Below, piece after piece: positions 63,119-64,000 of a stretch of DNA of 64,000 bases. Position 1 is the stretch's first letter, and every line of letters begins with the position of its first letter. A program made the position numbers and the translations under genes. The DNA is from Raillietiella orientalis (Eukaryota): contig JAYWIR010000049.1 in the NCBI GenBank assembly GCA_036172245.1, forward strand, positions 620,001 to 684,000. The letters are read 5' to 3'. The notes below the pieces were generated by a model. It was not told where the DNA came from and made no database searches. It saw only the letters and a program-made list of their open reading frames with translations.

Positions 63119-64000
63119 CGCTTCCAGCTGTTGTACACGATTCCGGCGACCTGGAGTCGACTATTTTATTTTATTTTTTTCCCCATCTGACAATTACAGA
63201 CGCTACACACCGATATGTGTACACGTGTACAAACTTCGAAACACCAAGTGTGTGCTGCAGGTAAACCTTCAAGTGGATTCGTTTTTTGTTTGTGCCTCAA
63301 GGAGATACGACGCAGATGGTGATGCGAAAGTCCTCACCAAGGTTTAGGTATATATTTTTCAAGATTCGTATCGGCATTAAGTTCACGATTGCTACCCCGC
63401 AGAAGGGTTTTCTTCCTTCAGAGGAATGTTTGCCTACCGGAATGCCCAGAAGTTTCGCTTTATCTTTGCGTTCCGATCTATTTCCCCCCCCCCCCTTTTT
63501 TTCCTCTCTCCCCCCCCTTTTTTTTTTTTTTCTGTTGGTACGGTTCTGGATTTCGTGAACAAGAGGTTCCCATTCTGTCACACAATTCACATGGTACTTG
63601 ACTTGATGCTTATCATGACTGCGGCTTAAATGAAAGTGAAAGCAAAATCCATCGGGTGGCGCGTGAAAAACTGCGTGGAAAAGGAGTCCATCATTTTTCC
63701 TTCGAGTAAACAGTGAAAGCAAGTAGCAAACTTCCTGGGACGTCTTCCAGAAGTTGTAATGGCATCTCACCATTTCCCTGAAAGCACCTCTCAGAAGGGG
63801 GGGGGGGGAGGGAACCGACAACAAAAACCTTGAGGATCTCTCGTCTTTCATATAATAATTTCGTCAAAGTGGACATGAAATGAAATGGGAGAGTCAACCG
63901 CTTATCCGCTTAATCCATCGGCAGAAATATTTAGCAATGCATTGAACCTCTACGTGCGCGCAATTACGTACGTTTGTGTCACCTGCTATCGGTGTACATA

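Overview
Eukaryotic, metazoan (arthropod-like) genomic DNA with very short introns (about 40-60 nt). It has two compositional domains: a GC- and CpG-rich block (1 to about 14,200) and an AT-rich block (the rest). The GC block holds an SLC4/band-3-type anion transporter gene embedded among decayed L1/Tx1-like LINE fragments, a tRNA-derived SINE and long pyrimidine tracts. The AT block holds spliced housekeeping genes that I reconstructed exon by exon (ZFYVE19/ANCHR-like, MRPS27, cytochrome c1, NUDT3/DIPP, Arp1/centractin), an orphan multi-exon gene, more LINE remnants and MITEs. Most notable: (1) an in-frame TAG at the conserved Trp of the ANCHR-like zinc finger, which could be rescued by use as a splice acceptor or by A-to-I editing; (2) an SLC4 with remodelled substrate-site motifs and no visible N-terminal domain; (3) copies of the same transposon families diverging in different compositional directions, including 4 of 4 CpGs lost in one copy. 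I found no clearly novel multi-gene system. All protein assignments come from recognising motifs by eye, not from database searches.
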